DNA of 64,000 nucleotides from Candidatus Latescibacterota bacterium (lineage in GTDB: Bacteria; Latescibacterota; UBA2968; UBA8231): contig CBDCNM010000002.1 of NCBI GenBank assembly GCA_965219385.1, forward strand, positions 902,639 to 966,638, given 5' to 3'. Within the stretch, counting starts at the first letter, position 1. Each line of letters starts with the position of its first letter. The translations under genes were made by a program, and so were the position numbers. The notes under the pieces are model-generated. The model saw only the letters and a program-made list of their open reading frames with translations, did not search any database and was not told where the DNA came from. Positions 53,721 to 61,824 of this stretch are shown here, piece by piece.

Positions 53721-54326
53721 ATGGCCGCGGAAAAAGAAGAGGATCTACTGAAAAACCTCCAGGAGAAAAACCTGGAACTGAGTTTGTTCAAAACCCGCAA
53801 GATCTTTCTGTGGTCCGATGTCAACGACGAATCGGCCAAGGCCGTGGTGACCCGTTTGCTGTCGCTGGATGTGGAGGATCCCGGCGTGGAGATCGTCCTC
53901 TACATCAACAGTCCGGGCGGGACCATTCACGACGGGATGGCCATCTACGACGCCATCCAGGCCATCCAGTCGCCGGTGTCCACGGTGTGTATGGGCCTGG
54001 CCGCCAGCATGGGCGCCATGCTCCTGGCCTCCGGTTCCGAGGGGCGGCGCTTTGCCTGGCCGCACGCCCGGATCATGATTCACCAGCCCCTGATCATGGG
54101 GACCATCACCGGCACGGCCACCGATCTGGACATCCGGGCCCGCGAGACCATTCGCTACCGCGAGGAGTTGAACCGGCTCCTGGCCCGGCACACCGGCCAG
54201 AAGGTGGAGAAGATCGGCCAGGACACGGACCGCGATTACTTCATGTCCTCCAAGGAAGCCAGGGACTACGGCTTGATTGACGAAATCATCACCACCATAT
54301 CCCCCGGGGTGAACGGCAGGGGATAG
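53721..54326 (+). CDS. clpP: ATP-dependent Clp protease proteolytic subunit
   Basis: YINSPGG, GLAASMGA, MIHQP, DTDRDYFMS, YGLID. Confidence 0.95.
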   Translation: MAAEKEEDLLKNLQEKNLELSLFKTRKIFLWSDVNDESAKAVVTRLLSLDVEDPGVEIVLYINSPGGTIHDGMAIYDAIQAIQSPVSTVCMGLAASMGAMLLASGSEGRRFAWPHARIMIHQPLIMGTITGTATDLDIRARETIRYREELNRLLARHTGQKVEKIGQDTDRDYFMSSKEARDYGLIDEIITTISPGVNGRG

Positions 54327-54348
54327 AACGATGTACTGCCTGGTGCGG

Positions 54349-54387
54349 AACCGCCGGTCCTTTTTTGCGACCGGCGGTTTTATTTTT
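54349..54387 (+). terminator. Intrinsic terminator between convergent clpP and mutM
   Basis: AACCGCCGGTC, 9-nt loop, GACCGGCGGTT, followed by TTATTTTT. Confidence 0.75.
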
Positions 54388-55189
54388 GACACCGCGCGCA
54401 ATAAAAGGTGTTGCGGCCGGCCAGGACCAGACTCTGCACGGGGCGCTCGCAGACCAGGCAGTTTTCCCCTGTCCTCCCGTACACCGACAGGTGCTGTTGG
54501 AAGCGCCCTCCCGTTCCCGATCCCCGGTAGTCGCTGATGGTGGTGCCGCCCTGGCGGATGGCCGCCTCCAGGATGTCTTTGATCTTTTCGACCAGCAGGG
54601 CCAGGCGTTGCCGACTGATTTTTTGGGCCGGCGTGGTGGGACGGATGCCGGCCTCGAACAGGGCTTCGCTGGCGTAGATATTGCCCACCCCCACGACCAT
54701 GCGGCCGTCCATGATCAGGTTTTTGATCGGCCGCGTGCTGCCCTGGCAGCGGGATCCGAGGTAGTCCGCGTCAAAGGCCGGGTCCAGGGGCTCCACCCCC
54801 AGCCTGTCCAGGTGGGAGCAGGTCTCAAGCTCTGGTGGTTTCAGCACCAGGACCAGGCCGAAGCGCCGCGGGTCGGAGAACACCAGCGGCGGGCTGTCTT
54901 GCAATTCGAAGATCACGTGATCGTGTTTTTCGCCGCCCGGGCGGAAGAGCAGGTTGCCGGTCATGCCCAGATGGACCAGCAGGGTGTGGCTGGATTTCAG
55001 GTCGAGGAGGAGGAATTTGGCGCGCCGGCGGGCCTCTGTAAAGCAATCGCCGGCGAGGGCTTTGAGGCGCTTGCGGGGCAGGGGCTGGCGCAGGCGCTTG
55101 GCGCTGGTGGCGACCCGGACGATTTGGCGTCCCACGAGGTGGCGCTGCATGGCCTGGCGCACGGTTTCTACTTCGGGTAGTTCGGGCAT
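54380..55189 (-). CDS. mutM: Formamidopyrimidine-DNA glycosylase
   Basis: MPELPEVE, HLGMTG, DPRRFG, GVGNIYASE, C-terminal zinc finger CLVC...CARCQ. Confidence 0.96.
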   Translation of the reverse strand: MPELPEVETVRQAMQRHLVGRQIVRVATSAKRLRQPLPRKRLKALAGDCFTEARRRAKFLLLDLKSSHTLLVHLGMTGNLLFRPGGEKHDHVIFELQDSPPLVFSDPRRFGLVLVLKPPELETCSHLDRLGVEPLDPAFDADYLGSRCQGSTRPIKNLIMDGRMVVGVGNIYASEALFEAGIRPTTPAQKISRQRLALLVEKIKDILEAAIRQGGTTISDYRGSGTGGRFQQHLSVYGRTGENCLVCERPVQSLVLAGRNTFYCARCQK

Positions 55190-55317
55190 GAGGGTGTATT
55201 ATAGGTGCCCGGGAGAAAGAGGTCAATGTCGTGTCCGGGTGCGCTTGTGTGCGCTTGGGGTGTGGTTTAGTTTATCTGTGGATTGGGGCTATCTATCTGT
55301 GAAAGGAGCACTACCAT

Positions 55318-56616
55318 ATGAACCTGACCCAACAACCACCGCGCCGGCCTTCCAACCTGGGGATAACCGGCATCGTGGCCGTGGCGCGCATGACCGACAA
55401 GGCGCGCGCCGCCAACCAAGAACTGGAGGGCGAGTACAAGTACGGCGAGATCTCGGGGCTGGACCGGGAGGTACTGGCGTTTATCAACATGACCGCCGCC
55501 GAGTTCGCCGCGGCCGTTGATGAGCTGGACGATGTCGCGCTGGGCCGGCTGGTGCTGGAGAAGGCCGGGAGAAGGCCGGAGGAGATCGAGGCCTTCAATA
55601 AGGAGCAACTCGAGCGCGAGCCCCAGGACGACATGCACCGCCGCCTGCTGGTGGAGCGGCGCGCCAAGTTCGCGCCCGGCAACATGGAGATCAAGACCGT
55701 CCTGGCTTCCATGGAGCTGGACGACTGGGGGTCGTTCAAGGACGTGGACCTGACGCAGGGACCGCCGCGCACCCCTTATCTGCGCAGCATCCTGGGCATT
55801 GTGGCCGTGGCGCGCATGGCCGACAAGGCACGGGCGGCCAGGTCCGCTCTGCTGGGCGAGTATCGCTACGGCGAAACCTCGCCTCTGGATACAAGCATCC
55901 TGGAGTTTCTGGGCCTCGGCCAGGAAGACTTTATGGAAGGCGCCTACCGAAATCCCAACGATGTCGAGCTGGGGGAGTGGATACAGGAGTGCGTGGAGCG
56001 CTCGGCCGCGGAGGTTGCGGCCTTCAATGCCGGGCAGGCCGACCGGGGACGGATCGATGCCAGCCGCGAGCGCTTTGAGCAACGGCGGAGCGAGATCTGT
56101 CTCGAGCGCACCGAGATCAACACCTGGTTCGACCTGATCGACTACGACGACGAGCACAGCTTCGGGCTGGTGGATCTGACCCGCCACCCGCCTCGAAGCC
56201 CCTATCACACCGAGGTGGGCGGGGTTGTGGGCCTGGCGCGGATGATCGACAAGGGGCGGGCACACAACAAAGATACCCTGGGCGAGTACTGGTTCGGGCA
56301 GGACTCCGGCATCGATCGCGCCGTGCTGGAACTGCTGGGGCTGAGTCAGGATGAATTCGCCGAGGGCTTGAAGACCAATGCCACCGACCAAGCCGTGGTG
56401 GAGTGGCTGGGAGACCGCCTCGACAAGTCGCCGGAGGAGATCGAGGCGTTCAACCAGAGGATGCGGGTATTCGGCCCCAACAACGACCGACAGTGGGCCT
56501 TTCTGCGCGACACCGTAGCCCGGCTGGATCCCTCCCGGACCGACATTGAGAGCTTCTTTGCGCTCACGGTCCTGGATGATCAGGTCGGTTTCGCGCGCCG
56601 CAAATCGCAGGTTTGA
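55318..56616 (+). CDS. Protein of three tandem DUF5069-like domains
   Basis: Three ~143-aa repeats xLTxxPPRxP...ARMxDKxRA...GEY..G..S..D..L. Confidence 0.78.
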   Translation: MNLTQQPPRRPSNLGITGIVAVARMTDKARAANQELEGEYKYGEISGLDREVLAFINMTAAEFAAAVDELDDVALGRLVLEKAGRRPEEIEAFNKEQLEREPQDDMHRRLLVERRAKFAPGNMEIKTVLASMELDDWGSFKDVDLTQGPPRTPYLRSILGIVAVARMADKARAARSALLGEYRYGETSPLDTSILEFLGLGQEDFMEGAYRNPNDVELGEWIQECVERSAAEVAAFNAGQADRGRIDASRERFEQRRSEICLERTEINTWFDLIDYDDEHSFGLVDLTRHPPRSPYHTEVGGVVGLARMIDKGRAHNKDTLGEYWFGQDSGIDRAVLELLGLSQDEFAEGLKTNATDQAVVEWLGDRLDKSPEEIEAFNQRMRVFGPNNDRQWAFLRDTVARLDPSRTDIESFFALTVLDDQVGFARRKSQV

Positions 56617-56626
56617 GTCCAGCCGC

Positions 56627-57964
56627 ATGTCCAGTTCCCTTCTCGCTCGCAAACCCGCAGCCAGTCACATAATGGCCAAGCCCTCGGGCTCGGTGTGCAA
56701 CATCGACTGCAAGTACTGTTTCTATCTGGAAAAGGAAAAGCTCTATCCGGGGGTCGGCAAGAACTGGCGCATGAGCGACGAGGTTCTCGAGCGGTACGTA
56801 TCGCGCTACATCGAGGCCCAGGATGTGCCCGTGGTGAATTTTGCTTGGCAGGGCGGGGAACCCACCTTGATGGGGGTGGACTTTTACCGCCGCGCCGTGG
56901 AGTTGCAGCGGCAATACGCCGATGGCAAGGCCATTACCAATGCCTTTCAGACCAACGGCATCCTGCTCGATGACGAGTGGGGAGAGTTCCTGGCCGAGCA
57001 CGATTTTCTGGTGGGTCTCTCCATCGACGGGCCGCGCGAGTTCCACGACCACTACCGGGTGGACAAGGGCCAGAAGCCGACCTTCGACCGGGTCGTGGCC
57101 GGCTTCGAGATCCTCAAAAAACACAAGGTGGAGTTCAATACCCTGACCGTGCTGCAAAACCACAATGCCGATCATCCCTTAACGGTTTATAACTTCCTCA
57201 AGGAGATGGGCAGTCATTTCATGCAGTTCATCCCGATCGTGGAGCGGATTGCCCAGGAGCCGGCCGCGGATGGCCTGGAACTCATCGATCCTGGTTTTGC
57301 GGGCCGGGCCCAGGTCTCCAGGTGGTCGGTGGGCGCAATGCAGTACGGCAGGTTCCTCTGCACAATCTTCGACGAGTGGGTGCGCCGCGATGTGGGCCGC
57401 TGCTTCGTGCAGATGTTCGATGTGGCGCTGGGCGCCTGGATGGGACAGGATGCCAGTCTGTGCATTTTTGCCGAGACCTGCGGCAATGCCCTGATCATCG
57501 AGCACAACGGCGATTTGTACTCCTGCGATCACTTTGTGTACCCGGATTACAGACTGGGCAATGTCCGGGATAAAAGCATCCGCGCAATGGTGGAGAGTCC
57601 CGAGCAGGTGAAGTTCGGGCAGGACAAGAAGGACGCCCTGCCCGGGTACTGCCGTTCCTGCGATTTCCGCTTTGCCTGCAACGGCGGCTGTCCCAAGCAC
57701 CGCTTCGAGCGGACCCCGGATGGAGAGGACGGCCTCAACTACCTGTGCAAGGGGTACAAACTGTTCTTCGGGCACGTGGATCCGTACATGCGCTTCATGG
57801 CCGGCGAGCTGGAGGCCGGCCGGTCGGCGGCCAATGTGATGGAGTGGGCACGGCGGCTGGACGAGGCCAGGAATGCGGCGCAACGAAAGGCCCCCGGGCG
57901 CAATGATCCATGTCCGTGTGGCAGCGGCAAAAAGTACAAGCGTTGTTGCGGCAGGGCGAGCTGA
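56627..57964 (+). CDS. Anaerobic sulfatase maturase (radical SAM/SPASM) with C-terminal SEC-C motif
   Basis: CNIDCKYC, WQGGEP, QTNG, YSCDHFV, CxxC...CNGGCPK, GRNDPCPCGSGKKYKRCC. Confidence 0.92.
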   Translation: MSSSLLARKPAASHIMAKPSGSVCNIDCKYCFYLEKEKLYPGVGKNWRMSDEVLERYVSRYIEAQDVPVVNFAWQGGEPTLMGVDFYRRAVELQRQYADGKAITNAFQTNGILLDDEWGEFLAEHDFLVGLSIDGPREFHDHYRVDKGQKPTFDRVVAGFEILKKHKVEFNTLTVLQNHNADHPLTVYNFLKEMGSHFMQFIPIVERIAQEPAADGLELIDPGFAGRAQVSRWSVGAMQYGRFLCTIFDEWVRRDVGRCFVQMFDVALGAWMGQDASLCIFAETCGNALIIEHNGDLYSCDHFVYPDYRLGNVRDKSIRAMVESPEQVKFGQDKKDALPGYCRSCDFRFACNGGCPKHRFERTPDGEDGLNYLCKGYKLFFGHVDPYMRFMAGELEAGRSAANVMEWARRLDEARNAAQRKAPGRNDPCPCGSGKKYKRCCGRAS

Positions 57965-57984
57965 AGGATAGAGCAAGGAGTTCA

Positions 57985-58899
57985 ATGATCGATATTCAGT
58001 TGCAACCCGAAAACTTCAAGGCCGTCGTCACCATCGACGGCCAACTCTTCACCGAGTACCGCTACGGCCACTATGTGTGTCGTCCGTACTTCTATCCGGT
58101 GCTCACCCCCGGCGGGCAGCGGTTGACGCGGGGCTATCCCAGCGAGGAGATCGAGGGCGAGACCCAGGACCACTACCACCACCGCAGCATCTACGTGGCC
58201 CACGGCCTGGTAAACGGCTACAACCTGTGGGACGAGAGCACGGATCACGGGGCCATGCTGCAGCGCGGCGAGCCCGTGGTCGGCGTCCTGGGAGACAGGG
58301 CCGTCATCAACGGCATGGTGGACTGGTTCGGGCCGGAGGGCCAGCGGCTGCTGGAGGAGCGGCGCAGCATCCAGATCCGGGCCGAGAGCGCTTTGCGGCT
58401 TGTGGATCATCGCAGCGAGTTCAGGGCCCGGTACGGGGATGTAACCTTCGGGGACACCAAGGAAGGCGGTCTGTTTTCGATCCGGGTGCCGACCTCTATG
58501 GACGCCAAGGACAAAGGCCGCATCGAAAATTCAGAGGGTCAGGTCTTCGACAGCGGCCAGGGCGAGGAGACCACCTGGGGAGTACGGGCGGCATGGGTGG
58601 ACTATTCGGGACCGTTGGCCAATGGCGAGGAGTGGGGCCATACCGTGGTGGACCACAGGGACAATCCTCGCCACCCGACCTACTGGCACGTGCGCGGCTA
58701 CGGGCTGTTTACCGCCAATCCCTTCGGGGTCCACGACTTCAAAGGGGACAAAAGCATCGACGCGAGCTTGACGATTCCGGCGGGCGGACAGGCCGTCTTC
58801 CGCTACCGCCTGATCATCCACCCGGGACGCGGCATCGAGGACGGGCGCCAGCGCGAGTTGATCGACGAGTTCCAGACTTCACGCCATTCTACGGCGTGA
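57985..58899 (+). CDS. DUF6807/'PmoA-family' beta-sandwich hypothetical protein
   Basis: RPYFYPV, DHYHHRS, GDTKEGG, WVDYSG, WHVRGYGLFTANPFG. Confidence 0.75.
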   Translation: MIDIQLQPENFKAVVTIDGQLFTEYRYGHYVCRPYFYPVLTPGGQRLTRGYPSEEIEGETQDHYHHRSIYVAHGLVNGYNLWDESTDHGAMLQRGEPVVGVLGDRAVINGMVDWFGPEGQRLLEERRSIQIRAESALRLVDHRSEFRARYGDVTFGDTKEGGLFSIRVPTSMDAKDKGRIENSEGQVFDSGQGEETTWGVRAAWVDYSGPLANGEEWGHTVVDHRDNPRHPTYWHVRGYGLFTANPFGVHDFKGDKSIDASLTIPAGGQAVFRYRLIIHPGRGIEDGRQRELIDEFQTSRHSTA

Positions 58900-60478
58900 A
58901 CGGCATGCCCGTGCCCGCGTAGGTCTCGTCGTCGCGCAGGGCATTGCGGTGGGGCAGGTACTCGACCACTATGTCCAGGTCGTGAATCGAGATCGGGTGA
59001 ATAAGTTTTTCGTCTTTTTTCACCAGGTCAACGCGCACGGTATTGCTGCCCTGCCGCGGCAGCATGTCGCTCCTCAGATCGACGTGGAAGCGGTAGCCCC
59101 GGGCGCCGGCGTTGGGACGCATCTGGAAAACCCAGTCCGCCTTGCGGATCCGTTCCTCGGGCACCTCCGCGCCGTTCCAGTATAGACGCGCCTCATCGCT
59201 GTGGAGCATTTCCTCCAGCATGACCCGCAACTCGCAGCGCCACAACTCGCCCGCTGCCTGCTTGGCCGCGATGTCGTCGGCCACGTCGATGTGGATCTCT
59301 TTGCCCTTTTCGCCGGCTTTTAACTCCTGCGGCAGCTGCTCTTCGAGGCCAAAGGTGATGCCCTTGGGGCGGCCGGAGCCGGGGCCGACGTAGAAGGTCT
59401 TGTCTTTGTGGGCGATGATGTCGGGGTAGGCCAGGTAGCGCAGCCGTTCGGTGTCCTGAGTAGTGTAGGGATAGCGATGGGGCGGCGGGTAATAGCGGTG
59501 GTAGAGGATGCCCTGCGCCCCGGCGTCGTAGGCGTTGGCGGTGGCGGCGCGGTGCACTTCGGCGTTTTGCTCGGGGCCGACGCTGTCCAGGCCGACGACA
59601 ACCGGGATGTTGGTGCTCTCGGCCAGCGCGGTGATCTCCCGCAGCCGCGCCGTCTCGCTGGAAAAATCGCCCCCGACCGGCATGCCGATGAGGGTGTCCA
59701 CCAGCCCTTCCCGCACCCAGGCTTCGACATCGTGGCCCATGATTTTATTGCCTTTCAGGGTTGCCGCGAGGCGCACGACCAGGCGCTTCTCGCGGCCCTG
59801 GGTCCGGGCGGCCTCGTCGCAGGCCTGGCGGATCTGCCGCACCCACCCGGTCAGGGTCCCGGTATGTTCGGCGACCTCGCGGCGGCCGATGAAGGGGGCG
59901 TAGGTATGAAAGTTGATCTCGATCCCGTCGGTCGGGTAGTCGCCGAGCAGTTCGCGGATGACGGCCAGGCGGTTTTCCCGCACCTCGGGCACGGCAAAGG
60001 AGAGCCGGTGGGGATTGTCGAATTCGGCTTCCGGGCAATCCGTTTCCTCGCCGACCTGCCACTCGGGGTGGTCGGTGGTGAAGTCGGCGACGCGGCAGTT
60101 GGTCACGCGTCCGTGGGGCGTGTGGATCATGTTCAGGAGGAGGTGGGGCAGAAAGTTGAGGCCGCGTTTGTGGGTGTGCTCGCAGACGACCAGAAGCGGG
60201 TCGTGGCCGCTCTCGATCATGGCCTGGCAGTTGTGGGCGGCTTTGTACCAGACTTCGTGGTCGGCCAGATCGACGTTGTGGCCCCAGCGCTCGCCTACCT
60301 TGGTGTCGTAGAGCAGTACGCTGCAATCCCCCACCACGTAGCTGATGGTATCGATGCCCAGGTCCAGGACCTCGTCTATGGGTTCGACGTACTGGCGCAC
60401 GCCCATGGGGGGTTCGTAAAGGTAGATACTGGAGTGCCGGCCATCGGTTTCGAACATGACTTCGCGTTGCTTGCTCAT
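58889..60478 (-). CDS. Hypothetical glycoside-hydrolase-like TIM-barrel protein
   Basis: LSFAVPEVRENRLAVIRELL...DGIEINF resembles GHL10/DUF187-like barrels. GGAG ribosome-binding site before ATG 60478. Confidence 0.55.
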   Translation of the reverse strand: MSKQREVMFETDGRHSSIYLYEPPMGVRQYVEPIDEVLDLGIDTISYVVGDCSVLLYDTKVGERWGHNVDLADHEVWYKAAHNCQAMIESGHDPLLVVCEHTHKRGLNFLPHLLLNMIHTPHGRVTNCRVADFTTDHPEWQVGEETDCPEAEFDNPHRLSFAVPEVRENRLAVIRELLGDYPTDGIEINFHTYAPFIGRREVAEHTGTLTGWVRQIRQACDEAARTQGREKRLVVRLAATLKGNKIMGHDVEAWVREGLVDTLIGMPVGGDFSSETARLREITALAESTNIPVVVGLDSVGPEQNAEVHRAATANAYDAGAQGILYHRYYPPPHRYPYTTQDTERLRYLAYPDIIAHKDKTFYVGPGSGRPKGITFGLEEQLPQELKAGEKGKEIHIDVADDIAAKQAAGELWRCELRVMLEEMLHSDEARLYWNGAEVPEERIRKADWVFQMRPNAGARGYRFHVDLRSDMLPRQGSNTVRVDLVKKDEKLIHPISIHDLDIVVEYLPHRNALRDDETYAGTGMPFTP

Positions 60479-60793
60479 GAGTTGGGCTCCTCGATAAAGA
60501 TGAAATGTGGGTGGCGTGATTTTAAAAGCAATTTTTAAAAGCATATAATGAATGTGGCCTACCAACAAGGCATCCACTATATTGAGTATATGCCGACGTT
60601 GGTTTTGCGTGATGGACCGACGCATGACCCAAGGCACCCGCGGCGATCCGGGCCAACGGTGGTATGCGCGGTTCCGGACCATCCAAGCTACGCCCGTCTC
60701 CTCCGTAGGCGACGTCGTTGCGCCGGAGCGCGTCGGGGCCGCGTTGCGGGAACTATAAAATTCCGCTCACATCTTTCTCTGAGGATTAATTCC

Positions 60794-61600
60794 ATGAGCC
60801 GCGATCTCCCCCGGACAATTTTAGGCCGCACCAATCTTGAGGTTACCCGATACGGCATCGGCGGCGCTTATTGCGAGTCGGTCGATGGATACAAGATGGC
60901 GCTCGATTGTGGCGTCAACTACATCGATACGGCACGCAGCTATCGAGGCGGTGAAGACGAGAAGGTGATCGGCCGAGCGATCCAGGGCCGGCGCCACGAT
61001 CTCATCTTAGCCAGCAAATCCGCGCAGCGCGACGCCGAAGGGGCGCGCCAAGAGTTGCAAACCTCTTTGCGCGCGCTCAAAACAGACTACCTCGATATTT
61101 TCCAGCTCCACCATTTAAACACCGAAAAAGAACGCAACCAAGCGCTGGGCCCCGGCGGAGCATTAGAAGCCGCCCAACAAGCCCGCGAAGAAGGCCTAGT
61201 GCGCTTCATCGGCGTCACTGGACACGATTGGGTGCAAGTTGAACAGGCGGTCCGCACCGGTCATTTTGATACCGTACTTTGCTGGTATAATTGCGCGATG
61301 CAAGAGCCGGAAGAAACGGTTTTTCCCGCAGCGCAGGCCGCCAATACGGGCGTGGTGATCATGAACGCCTCGCGCAACGAGAGGTTGCTAAAAGGTCCCG
61401 ACGCGCCCGCCCCTGAACAATTCTATCGCTACGTGCTCAGTCACGACGCCGTGCATACCACGCTCATGGGTTTGCGGAATGTCGATCTCTTCGCACAAGC
61501 TGCCGCTGGTTTGTCGGAGCGCGAGATGCTCACGCCACAAGAGCGGGCTGAGCTTGAATCCTATGGAGCACAGCGGCGAGCGTCCGGGGCACTGGAATAA
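60794..61600 (+). CDS. Aldo/keto reductase
   Basis: LGRTNLEV, YIDTARSY, SLRALKTDYLDIFQLH, GLVRFIGVTGH. Confidence 0.9.
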   Translation: MSRDLPRTILGRTNLEVTRYGIGGAYCESVDGYKMALDCGVNYIDTARSYRGGEDEKVIGRAIQGRRHDLILASKSAQRDAEGARQELQTSLRALKTDYLDIFQLHHLNTEKERNQALGPGGALEAAQQAREEGLVRFIGVTGHDWVQVEQAVRTGHFDTVLCWYNCAMQEPEETVFPAAQAANTGVVIMNASRNERLLKGPDAPAPEQFYRYVLSHDAVHTTLMGLRNVDLFAQAAAGLSEREMLTPQERAELESYGAQRRASGALE

Positions 61601-61792
61601 GTGCCGACAGCAAGAACCGGATGGGTCAGCCGTTCACTGGCAAAGCGCAGACAGGCGCGAATATCCTCAGATTCAAGATCGGTATGCTCGGTCAATCAGC
61701 ACATCCGTGACGCGAATCCGCGTCCCCCGAATACAGGGCCGCCCCCCGCACTGGTTGGGATTTACCGTGATGCGATCTTTTAGAATAGCCAT
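61601..61792 (-). pseudogene. DUF433-family antitoxin-like gene with internal deletion and frameshift
   Basis: MAILKDRITVNPNQCGGRPCIRGTRIRVTDVL, then in a shifted frame LTEHTDLESEDIRACLRFA. The middle helix is missing. Confidence 0.75.
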
Positions 61793-61824
61793 AGCGGTCC
61801 TTTCTTATACAAGTGGCTTAATCA

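Noticed and set aside
57985..58899. Particulate methane monooxygenase
   Set aside because: The 'PmoA family' label for this family is misleading. The protein is soluble, with no transmembrane helices and no pmoB/C neighbours.
60480..60790. N-terminal extensions of ORFs 58889-60682 and 60548-61600, or a hidden gene between them
   Set aside because: Better starts with ribosome-binding sites exist at 60478 and 60794, and the intervening translations show no recognisable features.
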